Shown here: one piece after another, positions 53,891 through 63,700 of the stretch
Layout of the letters: each line of letters begins with the position of its first letter
Position numbering within the stretch: position 1 is the stretch's first letter
Assembly (NCBI GenBank): GCA_964417685.1
Contig: CAYQIT010000002.1
Span: 1,593-65,592 of the forward strand
From: an uncultured Gammaproteobacteria bacterium
Lineage (GTDB): Bacteria > Pseudomonadota > Gammaproteobacteria > Magnimaribacterales > D2472
DNA: 64,000 nt
Reading direction: 5' to 3'
Notes under the pieces: model-generated
What the model was told of the DNA's origin: nothing
The model's database searches: none
Seen by the model: only the letters and a program-made list of their open reading frames with translations
Program-made: the position numbers and the translations under genes

Positions 53891-56314
53891 ATGTCTAACT
53901 TAAAAAAATTATTTTTTGCCCTCATGCTAACAATTAATTTGTCTGCTTTTGATGAGTTTTTAGTAAGCGATATAAGAATAATAGGATTACAAAGAGTATC
54001 TACTGGAAGTATTTTTAATGTAATACCTATAAGTGTTGGAGATAAGATAGATGCTAGAAAATCAAGAGACATTGTGAAATCTCTTTTTTCTACCGAGCAA
54101 TTTGACGATATTCAAATAGGAAAAGATGGGAATACATTGGTTATTACCGTAGCAGAAAGACCATCGATTTCCGGCATAGATATTTCTGGTAACAAGGCTT
54201 TAAAAACAGAGCAGCTGATGGAAAGTCTTGATGGCGTTGGTGTAAAAGAAGGAGAAGTATATAAAAGATCAACCCTTGAAAAAGTTAAATCAGAGCTTGT
54301 ACGATCATACTCATCAAATGGAAGGTATGGAGCCAACGTAGATATTCAAGAGAGCTTGAAAGCCAGAAATACAATTGAAATTTCTATTGAAGTTGATGAA
54401 GGCGAAAGTGCTGCGATAAAAAAAATCAACATTATTGGAAATGAAGTTTTTTCAACAGAAGATCTTTTAGAAGGGTTTGAATTATCTGAAGGATCATTTT
54501 TTAGTTTTATCAGAAATGACAACCAATATTCTAAAGAAAAGCTTCAAGGTGACATAGAAACCCTTGAATCATTCTATTTAGATAGGGGTTATTTAAAATT
54601 TTCAATTGAGTCGTCTCAAATAAGTTTGTCTAGAGATAAAAAATCCATTTTCATTGATTTTAATGTTTTTGAAGGAGATCAATACACTATTTCTGAGGTA
54701 AATGTAATTGGAGATATACCCTTTGATGAAGAAGCGTACTTGCCAATAACATCCTCGCAAGAGGGCGAAATATACTCTCAAGGTCAAATAACAGCGATTG
54801 AAGATTATTTTAAAAAAATCCTCGGTAATCAGGGTTATGCTTTTGCAGAAGTTAGCGGCGTTCCGGAAACGGATGATGATAATAAAACAGTAGACTTAAC
54901 TTATAACATTATCCCAGGAAAGAGAACCTATACTAGAAAAATCCTCTTTACTGGCAATGAGATTACTCAAGATTATGTTCTTAGAAGAGAGATGCGACAA
55001 TTTGAAGGGGCATGGACCTCTGATGACAACATTGAAGCAGGTAAAATTCGTTTAGAGAGACTTGGATTCTTTAAAGAGGTTAGTGTGGAAACTATCCCAG
55101 TCCCATTAACTGATGATCAAATTGATGTCGTTTATTCTGTAGAGGAAGAAAGCACTGGTTCAATTGGTGGTAATGTTGGATATAGTGATTTTGGTCTTCA
55201 GCTTGGATTTAATCTACAAGAACAAAATTTTATGGGTACTGGCAATACTTTGAGCCTTGGTATTAACAAGAATATTTATAGCGAGATGTACAATTTTGCT
55301 TTTATGGATCCTTATGCAACTGTTGATGGAGTGAGTGTTGGTTACAACCTATATTTTCGCGAAACTGATTATGGCGAATATAATGTTGCTAATTATCTTA
55401 CAAATTCAGAAGGGCTGGGTGTTCAATATGGGTACCCAATATCAGATACACAGAGACTTGGCTTCAATTTAACATATGATAAAACAGATATTAGTATAGG
55501 TACTCTTCCCGCCAGGGAGATTTATGATTTTGTTGCATCTGAGGGCAATGTATTTGATACCGTTAGTGCTAATTTTGTATGGTCAAGAGTAACGCTAAAT
55601 AGAGGGCTATTTCCAACCGATGGATCCTCAACAAGTGTTAGTCTCATGACAACACTGCCATTTAGTGACCTCAACTATTACAGAGCCAGCATTCAACAAA
55701 AAACATATCAACCTCTTGGATTTGGTAATTTAGTTTTTGGTTTCTCTGGAGAGCTTGGTTATATGGATGCATATGGTGACTCTGAAGAAACACCATTCTT
55801 TCAGAATTTCTATGCAGGTGGCCCAAGATCTTTGAGGGGTTTTGAATCAAACACATTAGGGCCAAGGAGCACACAAGCACCATGCTACGAATTTAATTAT
55901 GCTGAAGGAACGTGCCCGAATTTAATTGATACGGATGGAGATGGTGAAGCAGATGCTCCATATGAAAATCCATATGCAAACACTACATCTCGTTATTATG
56001 ACGCTCCAATAGGTGGTAATGTAAAGGTGGAAGGAAGCCTCCAGCTAATTTTTAGGTTGCCATTCATTGAAGATCAAAGGTCTATGAGATCAGCTTTCTT
56101 TTTCGATTTCGGTAATGTTTTCTCGGATAATTGTAAAGAATATCAGTACAACTGCTATAAACCAGATCTTGGAGAGTTAAGATACTCATATGGTGTTGGC
56201 GTGACTTGGATCACTGGCTTTGGCCCTATGAGTTTTGCAATTTCAAAACCAACTAACGCAGGTCCACAAGAAAGAACTGAAGAATTCCAATTTACTGTAG
56301 GAAATGTTTTTTAA
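53891..56314 (+). CDS. bamA: Outer membrane protein assembly factor BamA
   Basis: POTRA repeats, LRGF in loop 6, C-terminal FQFTVGNVF beta-signal. Confidence 0.98.
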   Translation: MSNLKKLFFALMLTINLSAFDEFLVSDIRIIGLQRVSTGSIFNVIPISVGDKIDARKSRDIVKSLFSTEQFDDIQIGKDGNTLVITVAERPSISGIDISGNKALKTEQLMESLDGVGVKEGEVYKRSTLEKVKSELVRSYSSNGRYGANVDIQESLKARNTIEISIEVDEGESAAIKKINIIGNEVFSTEDLLEGFELSEGSFFSFIRNDNQYSKEKLQGDIETLESFYLDRGYLKFSIESSQISLSRDKKSIFIDFNVFEGDQYTISEVNVIGDIPFDEEAYLPITSSQEGEIYSQGQITAIEDYFKKILGNQGYAFAEVSGVPETDDDNKTVDLTYNIIPGKRTYTRKILFTGNEITQDYVLRREMRQFEGAWTSDDNIEAGKIRLERLGFFKEVSVETIPVPLTDDQIDVVYSVEEESTGSIGGNVGYSDFGLQLGFNLQEQNFMGTGNTLSLGINKNIYSEMYNFAFMDPYATVDGVSVGYNLYFRETDYGEYNVANYLTNSEGLGVQYGYPISDTQRLGFNLTYDKTDISIGTLPAREIYDFVASEGNVFDTVSANFVWSRVTLNRGLFPTDGSSTSVSLMTTLPFSDLNYYRASIQQKTYQPLGFGNLVFGFSGELGYMDAYGDSEETPFFQNFYAGGPRSLRGFESNTLGPRSTQAPCYEFNYAEGTCPNLIDTDGDGEADAPYENPYANTTSRYYDAPIGGNVKVEGSLQLIFRLPFIEDQRSMRSAFFFDFGNVFSDNCKEYQYNCYKPDLGELRYSYGVGVTWITGFGPMSFAISKPTNAGPQERTEEFQFTVGNVF

Positions 56315-56370
56315 TTGAGTATTTTTCAATAGTTTTAATATAAAATATAAGATTCCAATGAGGGGTAAAC

Positions 56371-56910
56371 ATGAACAATAAACTTAAAATTAACTTAATC
56401 GCTTTAACAGCTTTGATGTTATCTTTTCCTGTCTTTTCAGCTGACGGAGTAGCCGTTATTGATATGAGAACTGCGGTTCTGTCAACTCAAGCTGCTCAAG
56501 ATGCATTTAAAGCTCTTGAAGAAGATGCTGATTATGCTGCAAACTTAGAAGAAGCAAGATCAATCCAGGCTGAAAGACAGTCTATGGCAGAGAATTTACA
56601 AAAAGACGCAGAGACTTTATCTCAGGCTGAAATTGCAGAAATTCAAAGAGACATTCAAGAAAAAGGTAAAGATCTAGAATTTTTAGCTGGAAAAATCCAA
56701 GCTGCACAGGAAGAAACTGCGCAAAGAGTTTTTGCTGAAAATGGTCCAGCTATGCAAAAAATAATCGGTGAACTTATAGCTGCAAAACAAATCTCAGTTT
56801 TATTGGCAAAAAATGAAGCTCTACTTTTTAGTGACCCAGCAATAGATTTGACTGATGATGTTACTTCTATGCTTGATGTTCAAGCTACTGAGACCGCTAC
56901 AACTGAGTAG
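56371..56910 (+). CDS. skp: Skp/OmpH periplasmic chaperone
   Basis: Signal peptide, VAVID beta-strand, long helical body, IDLTDDV; between bamA and lpxD. Confidence 0.88.
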   Translation: MNNKLKINLIALTALMLSFPVFSADGVAVIDMRTAVLSTQAAQDAFKALEEDADYAANLEEARSIQAERQSMAENLQKDAETLSQAEIAEIQRDIQEKGKDLEFLAGKIQAAQEETAQRVFAENGPAMQKIIGELIAAKQISVLLAKNEALLFSDPAIDLTDDVTSMLDVQATETATTE

Positions 56911-57848
56911 TGACTGCTCACCAAGGTTTTACTTTATTAGAGTTATCAAAACTCATAAATGCTAAATTAATCGGCGATGGCAAAGCTATCGTCGATAACC
57001 TTTCAACTATACAGAACTCTAATAAGACTTCTCTAACCTTTTTATCAAATAAAAAATATTCTAAATACATAAAAACCTCTGAAGCTAAAGCATTTATTGT
57101 TCATCAAGATTTCGTTGAAGAGGATGACAAAAAAAATTTTTTAGTCACTGAAGATCCATATCTTTCCTATGCTTTGGCCTCTAAACTTTTTAGCCCTTTT
57201 TACAATGATCCAAATAACAATGGAATTCATTCAACAGCAATCGTGTCTTCAGATGCAAAGATAGGAAATAATGTATTCATCGGTGCAAATGTGTACATTG
57301 GGCCTAATTGTGTCATTGGTGATAATTCATGCGTACAGCCAAATGCATCTTTGGTTTGTAATGTTAAGCTTGGATCAAATTGCAATATATTTCCTGGCAC
57401 TGTTTTAGGATCTGATGGGTTTGGTTATGCTCCAACAAAAAATGGTTATGTAAAAATAGAGCAACTTGGCAATCTCGTAATTGGAGATAATGTAGAGATT
57501 GGAGCAGGGTGCACAATAGATAGAGGCGCCCTTGATGACACAATTATTCGTGATGGAGTTAAATTAGATAATCAGATTCATATTGCTCATAATGTTGATC
57601 TGGGTAAAAACTCAGCTATAGCAGCATGTTGCGCTATTGCTGGTTCAACTGTAATCGGAGAAAATTTTAGAATGGGGGGATTGTCAGGTGTATTGGGTCA
57701 TCTTGCTATTACTGATAATGTATCTGTAGGAGCACATACACTTATTACAAAAAATATTTCTGAGGGTGGAGAATATATAGGTATAATGCCGGCACAAAAC
57801 CCAAAAGACTGGGCAAAATCATCAATATTCATTAAAAGAAGGAAATAA
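56910..57848 (+). CDS. lpxD: UDP-3-O-acyl-glucosamine N-acyltransferase (GTG start)
   Basis: Hexapeptide repeats, GSDGFGY, IDRGAL, KLDNQIHIAHNV. Confidence 0.97.
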   Translation: MTAHQGFTLLELSKLINAKLIGDGKAIVDNLSTIQNSNKTSLTFLSNKKYSKYIKTSEAKAFIVHQDFVEEDDKKNFLVTEDPYLSYALASKLFSPFYNDPNNNGIHSTAIVSSDAKIGNNVFIGANVYIGPNCVIGDNSCVQPNASLVCNVKLGSNCNIFPGTVLGSDGFGYAPTKNGYVKIEQLGNLVIGDNVEIGAGCTIDRGALDDTIIRDGVKLDNQIHIAHNVDLGKNSAIAACCAIAGSTVIGENFRMGGLSGVLGHLAITDNVSVGAHTLITKNISEGGEYIGIMPAQNPKDWAKSSIFIKRRK

Positions 57849-57852
57849 ACCC

Positions 57853-58293
57853 ATGTCATCCGCCACCGCAGAAGTTCTAAAATATCTTCCACATAGAGAG
57901 CCGTTCTTGTTTATTGATGAGGTCATAGAAATTGATCTTGGAAATTCAATACATGCTATAAAAAAAGTTCTTCCGGAGGAAGATTACTTAAGAGGACATT
58001 TCCCAGGAAATCCAATTATGCCTGGAGTAATAATCATTGAAGCGCTAGCTCAAGCCTCAGGCATATTAGGTTTCAAGACAATGGATAAAACCCCTCAAGA
58101 AGGATCATTGTATGTTTTTGCAGGCGTTGATAATGTTAGATTCAGGAAAAGAGTTAGACCTGGAGATACATTGCATCTCTTTAGCAAAGTCGTTAATGTA
58201 AAGAGGGGTATATGGAAATTTGATGTTAGAGCGGAAGTTAATGATGAATTAGCTTGCTCAGCAACAATTATGTGTGCGGACACACCAGTATAA
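57853..58293 (+). CDS. fabZ: 3-hydroxyacyl-ACP dehydratase
   Basis: LPHREPFL, GHFPGNPIMPGVIIIEALAQ. Confidence 0.98.
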   Translation: MSSATAEVLKYLPHREPFLFIDEVIEIDLGNSIHAIKKVLPEEDYLRGHFPGNPIMPGVIIIEALAQASGILGFKTMDKTPQEGSLYVFAGVDNVRFRKRVRPGDTLHLFSKVVNVKRGIWKFDVRAEVNDELACSATIMCADTPV

Positions 58294-59072
58294 TGACAAT
58301 ACATGAGACAGCAGTTATCCATCCTAATGCAAAGATAGACGAGACTTCTTCAGTTGGCCCATTTTGTATTATTGGAGAAGATGTAGAAATTGGACCGAAT
58401 TGCATACTTCATTCACATGTTGTTATTAAAGGGCCTACCTCTATTGGTCCAGAAAATATTTTTTTTCAATTCTCAAGCATTGGAGAAGATACTCCTGACA
58501 AAAAATTTAAAGGAGAAAAGACCCAATTGATTGTAGGTAGCAACAATACCTTTAGAGAAGGTGTAACTGTCCATAGAGGCACTATTCAGGATAAGGGTAT
58601 TACTAGCATTGGAAACAATAATTTAATAATGGCCTATGCTCACATAGCACATGACTGTGTAATAGGTGACCACAATGTATTTGCAAATAATGCTGCTCTT
58701 GCTGGTCATGTAAAGGTGGGTAGTTTTGTAACTATTGGAGGCTATACTGCAATTCATCAATTTTGTAATATTGGTGATTATTCCTTTACCGGAATGAGCA
58801 CTTCAGTAACAATGGATGTGCCTGCTTTTGTAAAAGTTGCTTCCAATCCTGCAAGGGTGATAGGCCTTAACTCAGTAGGATTATCAAGAAATGATATTAA
58901 TGACGAAGTGGTATCTCTCTTAAAAAAAGCATACAAACTAATTTATCGTAAATCACTAAAGCTTGATGAGGCTCTTTTTAAACTAGAAGAACTTCAACAA
59001 AAACATTCAAATGAGTACTTGTCGATATTAATAGAGTCTATAAAGATATCTTCAAGAGGCATCACTAGGTAA
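58293..59072 (+). CDS. lpxA: UDP-N-acetylglucosamine acyltransferase (ATG overlaps fabZ stop; track start 58254)
   Basis: Hexapeptide repeats, HIAHDC, LAGHV, HQF. Confidence 0.98.
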   Translation: MTIHETAVIHPNAKIDETSSVGPFCIIGEDVEIGPNCILHSHVVIKGPTSIGPENIFFQFSSIGEDTPDKKFKGEKTQLIVGSNNTFREGVTVHRGTIQDKGITSIGNNNLIMAYAHIAHDCVIGDHNVFANNAALAGHVKVGSFVTIGGYTAIHQFCNIGDYSFTGMSTSVTMDVPAFVKVASNPARVIGLNSVGLSRNDINDEVVSLLKKAYKLIYRKSLKLDEALFKLEELQQKHSNEYLSILIESIKISSRGITR

Positions 59073-60185
59073 GTGACCTTAGCTAAAGATATATTAAAGA
59101 TTGGTATTGTTGCTGGAGAACATTCTGGAGATATTTTAGGATCCCAGCTTATCGAAGAATTGTCCAAATCAAGAGAAATTAAGCTATTTGGAGTCGGTGG
59201 ACCTAAAATAGAATCTCATGGCTTAGAATCAATGTTTGATTTTAAACATCTGCAAATCATGGGTCTTATAGAGCCTTTATTGAACTATAGGCAATTAACA
59301 TCCAATAGAAAAAAGCTTATCAAAACCTTCACTGAAAATAAAATAGATATATTTATAGGAATTGATTCACCCGACTTTAATATAGGAATTCATAAAGCGC
59401 TTAAAAAGCAAGATATTTGCAAGAATATTCAATTAGTTAGTCCTTCTGTGTGGGGTTGGAGACAGGGTAGAATTAAAAATATAAAGAAATTTATTGATCA
59501 TACTGTTTGTTTATTTGACTTTGAGCATAAGTTTTATACTAGTAAGGAACATAGCAGTTCGCATCTTGGTCACCCCCTTGCTGATATTCACTCTAAAGAT
59601 GATGAGCAAATAATAGGAGAATATTCCCTCGATCCTAGGATGAACTTTATTGCTATTCTTCCTGGAAGTAGAGAATCAGAAATAAATCATATGATGCCGA
59701 CATACATTGATTTTATGAAGCTACAAATAGAGTCAGATGAAAACACATTTTTTTTGATACCTGTAGCTGATGACGCAGCAAAACTTAATATCGAAAATCA
59801 TTTATCAAAAATAAATATGCCATTCTTAGTTAAAAAGGATGCCACAAAAGATTTTTTGTCACTATCGAAAAAATCAGTTATTACTTCAGGTACTGCATCG
59901 CTTGAAGCAGCATTATTAAATGCAGGACCAGTAATATGCTACAAAACAAATCAAATAAACTTCAGCATAATCTCCAGTATGCTTAAAGTTGAATTTATTG
60001 GTCTTCCAAATCTCTTGCTAAAAAAAGAAGCATATCCTGAACTACTCCAGGCTAAATGCACCGGTAATTTAATTTTTGATGTTATGCATTCTCATCACTT
60101 TGAAGACTTGTCTTATGAACTTAAATTAGCTTTAAAAGGTGATGGCCTTGCAGAAACTGCATCAAAGATTCTCAATCTAAATTGA
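59073..60185 (+). CDS. lpxB: Lipid A disaccharide synthase (GTG start)
   Basis: AGEHSGD, IDSPDFN, SPSVWGWR, LPGSR, SGTASLE. Confidence 0.97.
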   Translation: MTLAKDILKIGIVAGEHSGDILGSQLIEELSKSREIKLFGVGGPKIESHGLESMFDFKHLQIMGLIEPLLNYRQLTSNRKKLIKTFTENKIDIFIGIDSPDFNIGIHKALKKQDICKNIQLVSPSVWGWRQGRIKNIKKFIDHTVCLFDFEHKFYTSKEHSSSHLGHPLADIHSKDDEQIIGEYSLDPRMNFIAILPGSRESEINHMMPTYIDFMKLQIESDENTFFLIPVADDAAKLNIENHLSKINMPFLVKKDATKDFLSLSKKSVITSGTASLEAALLNAGPVICYKTNQINFSIISSMLKVEFIGLPNLLLKKEAYPELLQAKCTGNLIFDVMHSHHFEDLSYELKLALKGDGLAETASKILNLN

Positions 60186-60730
60186 AGAGTTTAATTGCTG
60201 GAGTCGATGAAGTCGGAAGAGGTTGTTTGGCTGGACCAGTAATAGCAGCAGCAGTTATTTTAAAAAAAAATATTGCAGGTTTAGATGACTCAAAGAAACT
60301 CTCCAAAATTAAAAGAGATAATTTAAGTAAGCTAATTTTAGAAAACTCATATTTTGCATATGGTATTGTCTCACCTATAGAAATTGATGAAGTAAATATT
60401 CATAATGCATCTTTATTAGCAATGAAAAGAGCTATACTAAATCTGAGTATTAAGCCGAGCAAAGTTTTAGTTGATGGTCTTTATTTACCAGATATAAAAT
60501 TTGATAAAGAAGCGATAATTGGGGGAGATTCTCTAGTTGAAGAAATAAGTGCCGCTTCAATAATAGCAAAGGTATATAGAGATAATTTAATGTTGAATTT
60601 AGATAAAAAGTATCCCCATTATGGCTTAGCAAAACACAAAGGCTATCCAACAAAATTGCACAAAGAAATGTTAAGTAAGTATGGTGCATCCAAGATACAT
60701 AGAAGATCATTTAAGGGGGTAGAGCGATAA
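60182..60730 (+). CDS. rnhB: Ribonuclease HII (TTG start)
   Basis: GVDEVGRG, DSKKLS, AASIIAKV, HKGYPT. Confidence 0.98.
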   Translation: MKSLIAGVDEVGRGCLAGPVIAAAVILKKNIAGLDDSKKLSKIKRDNLSKLILENSYFAYGIVSPIEIDEVNIHNASLLAMKRAILNLSIKPSKVLVDGLYLPDIKFDKEAIIGGDSLVEEISAASIIAKVYRDNLMLNLDKKYPHYGLAKHKGYPTKLHKEMLSKYGASKIHRRSFKGVER

Positions 60731-63700
60731 ATGAGTTCACCTTTCTCTCATCTTAGAGTTTCATCTGAGTTTAGTATCACTCATGGATTGCTGACAATTG
60801 ATCAAATTGTAGATAAAGCAAAAGAATACTCTACACCGTCAGTCGCCTTAACTGATAATTTAAATATGTTTGGCTTAGTTAAGTTCTTTAATAAATGTGA
60901 GGCTGCTGGCATAAAACCAATTTCAGGTTCATCAATCAAAGTAATATTTGATGGAGATGACATGCCATATGAGCTTTTATGTCTCGCTAAAAGCAATAAG
61001 GGTCACAGAAGTCTGATGAAGATTATTTCCAAGGCACATAATAACTATAATTTTTCTTCGCCTATTATTTCATTCAAAGATCTTTGCGAGCTTAAAGACG
61101 ATTTGATTGTTATATCAGGTGGGAGGTCTAGTCATATTTTTGAGCTTGTTAGGAATGAAAGAGTTCAAGATTTAGATTTAAAACTGGAGAGTTTTATGAA
61201 GAATTTTGGTGATGATTTTGTCTTAGAAATACAAAACACCAAAAGATTAAACGAAATAGACTATATAAGAAAAATTTTACCTATTGCAGCGTCAAGGAGC
61301 ATTCCAGTGATAGCTACTAATGATGTGATGTTTGCTCATAGGGATGATTATGACATTCATGAAACAAAGGTATGTATTAATACAGGTAGAACGCTCGATG
61401 ATCCTAATAGAGAGAAAGTATTTTCCTCAGAGCAATATTTTAAATCTTCTGATGAAATGCATGAGTTATTTGGGGATTTTGAAGAAGTTCTGTCTAATAC
61501 AAATGAAATTGCAAAAAGATGTAATGTTTCCATAGACACCAAAGAATATTTTTTACCAGAGTATCCAGTTCCTAATGAGCATAACTTTGATTCATTTTTA
61601 AAAGAACTTGCAACAAAGAACTTAAAACAATTTATAAATGATTTAGATGAATCTGTTCAAAATGAATATTTAAAAAGATTAGATTATGAGCTTGATCAAA
61701 TAAAGACAATGGGGTTTTCTAGTTACTTTTTAATTGTTTATGACTTTATTGAATGGTCAAAAAATAATGAAGTTCCTGTTGGTCCTGGAAGGGGATCAGG
61801 CGCTGGTTCTTTGGTAGCTTTTGCTATAGGCATCACTGCACTGGATCCAATTGAGCATGGGCTTTTATTTGAAAGATTTTTAAATCCAGAAAGACTCTCT
61901 ATGCCTGATTTTGATATTGACTTTTGTATGGAAAAAAGGGACAAGGTTATAGATTATGTTAGTAATAAGTATGGTTCTGGAGCCGTCTCACAAATTGCAA
62001 CATTTGGGACTATGGCAGCAAGGGCGGTTGTTAGGGATGTTGCTAGGGCTCTTGGAAGGCCATATGCTTTAGGCGATAGAATTTCAAAAATGATTCCCTT
62101 TGCTCCTGGGATGACATTAGATAAAGCTAGAAAAGAGCAGCCTATATTTGAACAAACTATAAAGAATGATTCTGAGGTTAGAGAGGTTGTTGATTTATCC
62201 TATAAGCTTGAAGGAATTGCAAGGAATGTAGGAAAGCATGCTGGAGGAGTTGTAATAGCACCTGGCAGTATCTCTGATTTCTGCCCAGTCTACAATGACC
62301 GTCAATCTCAATCAGTTATGACGCAATTTGATAAAGATGATGTTGAAAAAATAGGTTTAGTTAAGTTTGATTTCTTAGGCCTTAGAACACTAACAGTTAT
62401 TGATCGAGCTTTAAAATCAATTAACTCTTCCAATTCAAAAAAAGAAATTGATCTTAACAAGATTCCTTTAAACGACCCTAAAGTTTTTGAATTATTAAGC
62501 TCAGGTAAGACTATGGCAGTTTTCCAGCTAGAATCATCGGGGATGAGGGATCTTATAAAAAGATTACAGCCAACTAAGTTTGAAGAAATAGTAGCTTTGC
62601 TAGCTCTCTATAGGCCGGGGCCACTTGACTCAGGTATGCATGATCAGTTTGTAGATAGAAAACATGGAAAGACCCCTGTTACTTACCCCCACGAGCTTTT
62701 AGAACCTGTACTTTCAGAAACCTATGGCGTGATTTTATATCAAGAGCAAGTTATGGAAGCCGCTAGAGTCTTGGCGAATTTTTCTTTAGGCGAGGCAGAT
62801 ATCTTAAGAAGAGCCATGGGTAAAAAGAAAGTTGAGGAAATGGAGCAGCAAAGAAAGTACTTTAAAGAAGGTTGTGAAAAAAATAACATCAAACCTGCTG
62901 TAGCTGAAAGGATTTTTGATCTAATTGAAAAGTTTGCAGGGTATGGATTTAATAAATCTCACTCTGCCGCATATGCTCTAATTTCATATCAAACAGCTTA
63001 TTTAAAAACATACTATCCAGAACATTTCATGGCTGCTGTCCTGTCTACAGAGCTAGGTAATACAGATAAAATTTATGCCCTTACCCAAGAATGCAAAAGA
63101 ATGAATATTGATGTTTTAAATCCAAATATTTTATCTAGCAGTAAGCGATTTATTGTCAACAAAAGCAATCAAATAGAGTATGGGCTTGGAGCAATCAAGG
63201 GGGTTGCAGACTCTTTTATAAAACATGTATGCAAAATTAGAGAAACTAATAAATTTAAAGATTTATGGGACTTTTCAAAAAAAGTTGACATTAAACTTGG
63301 TGGGAAAAAATCTCTTGAAGCGCTTGCTCAATCAGGAGCTTTTGACAAGATCGCTCCATCAAGAACAATAGCTATAGCAAGTGTTGTAGATATGTTGAGA
63401 GATGGTTCAAATAAGTTAAATAGTAATGAGCAGAAATCAGGTGATTTATTTGCAAACATCGAACAAGATTTTGATCCATATGCAAAATATAAAGATTTTA
63501 AAGAGTTATCCCTTAGCGAACAGCTATCGCTTGAGAAAAAATCTTTAGGTTATTATCTGTCGGGCCATCCAGTAAATGCAATAAAAAAACAAATAGATGT
63601 ATTAAGGTCATCCTTGATAGGAAACTTAAACATAGATAGCAAAAAAGGATCTATTGTTGGCTTAATTAACTCTGTGAGGCAGATAAGGGATAGATCTGGA

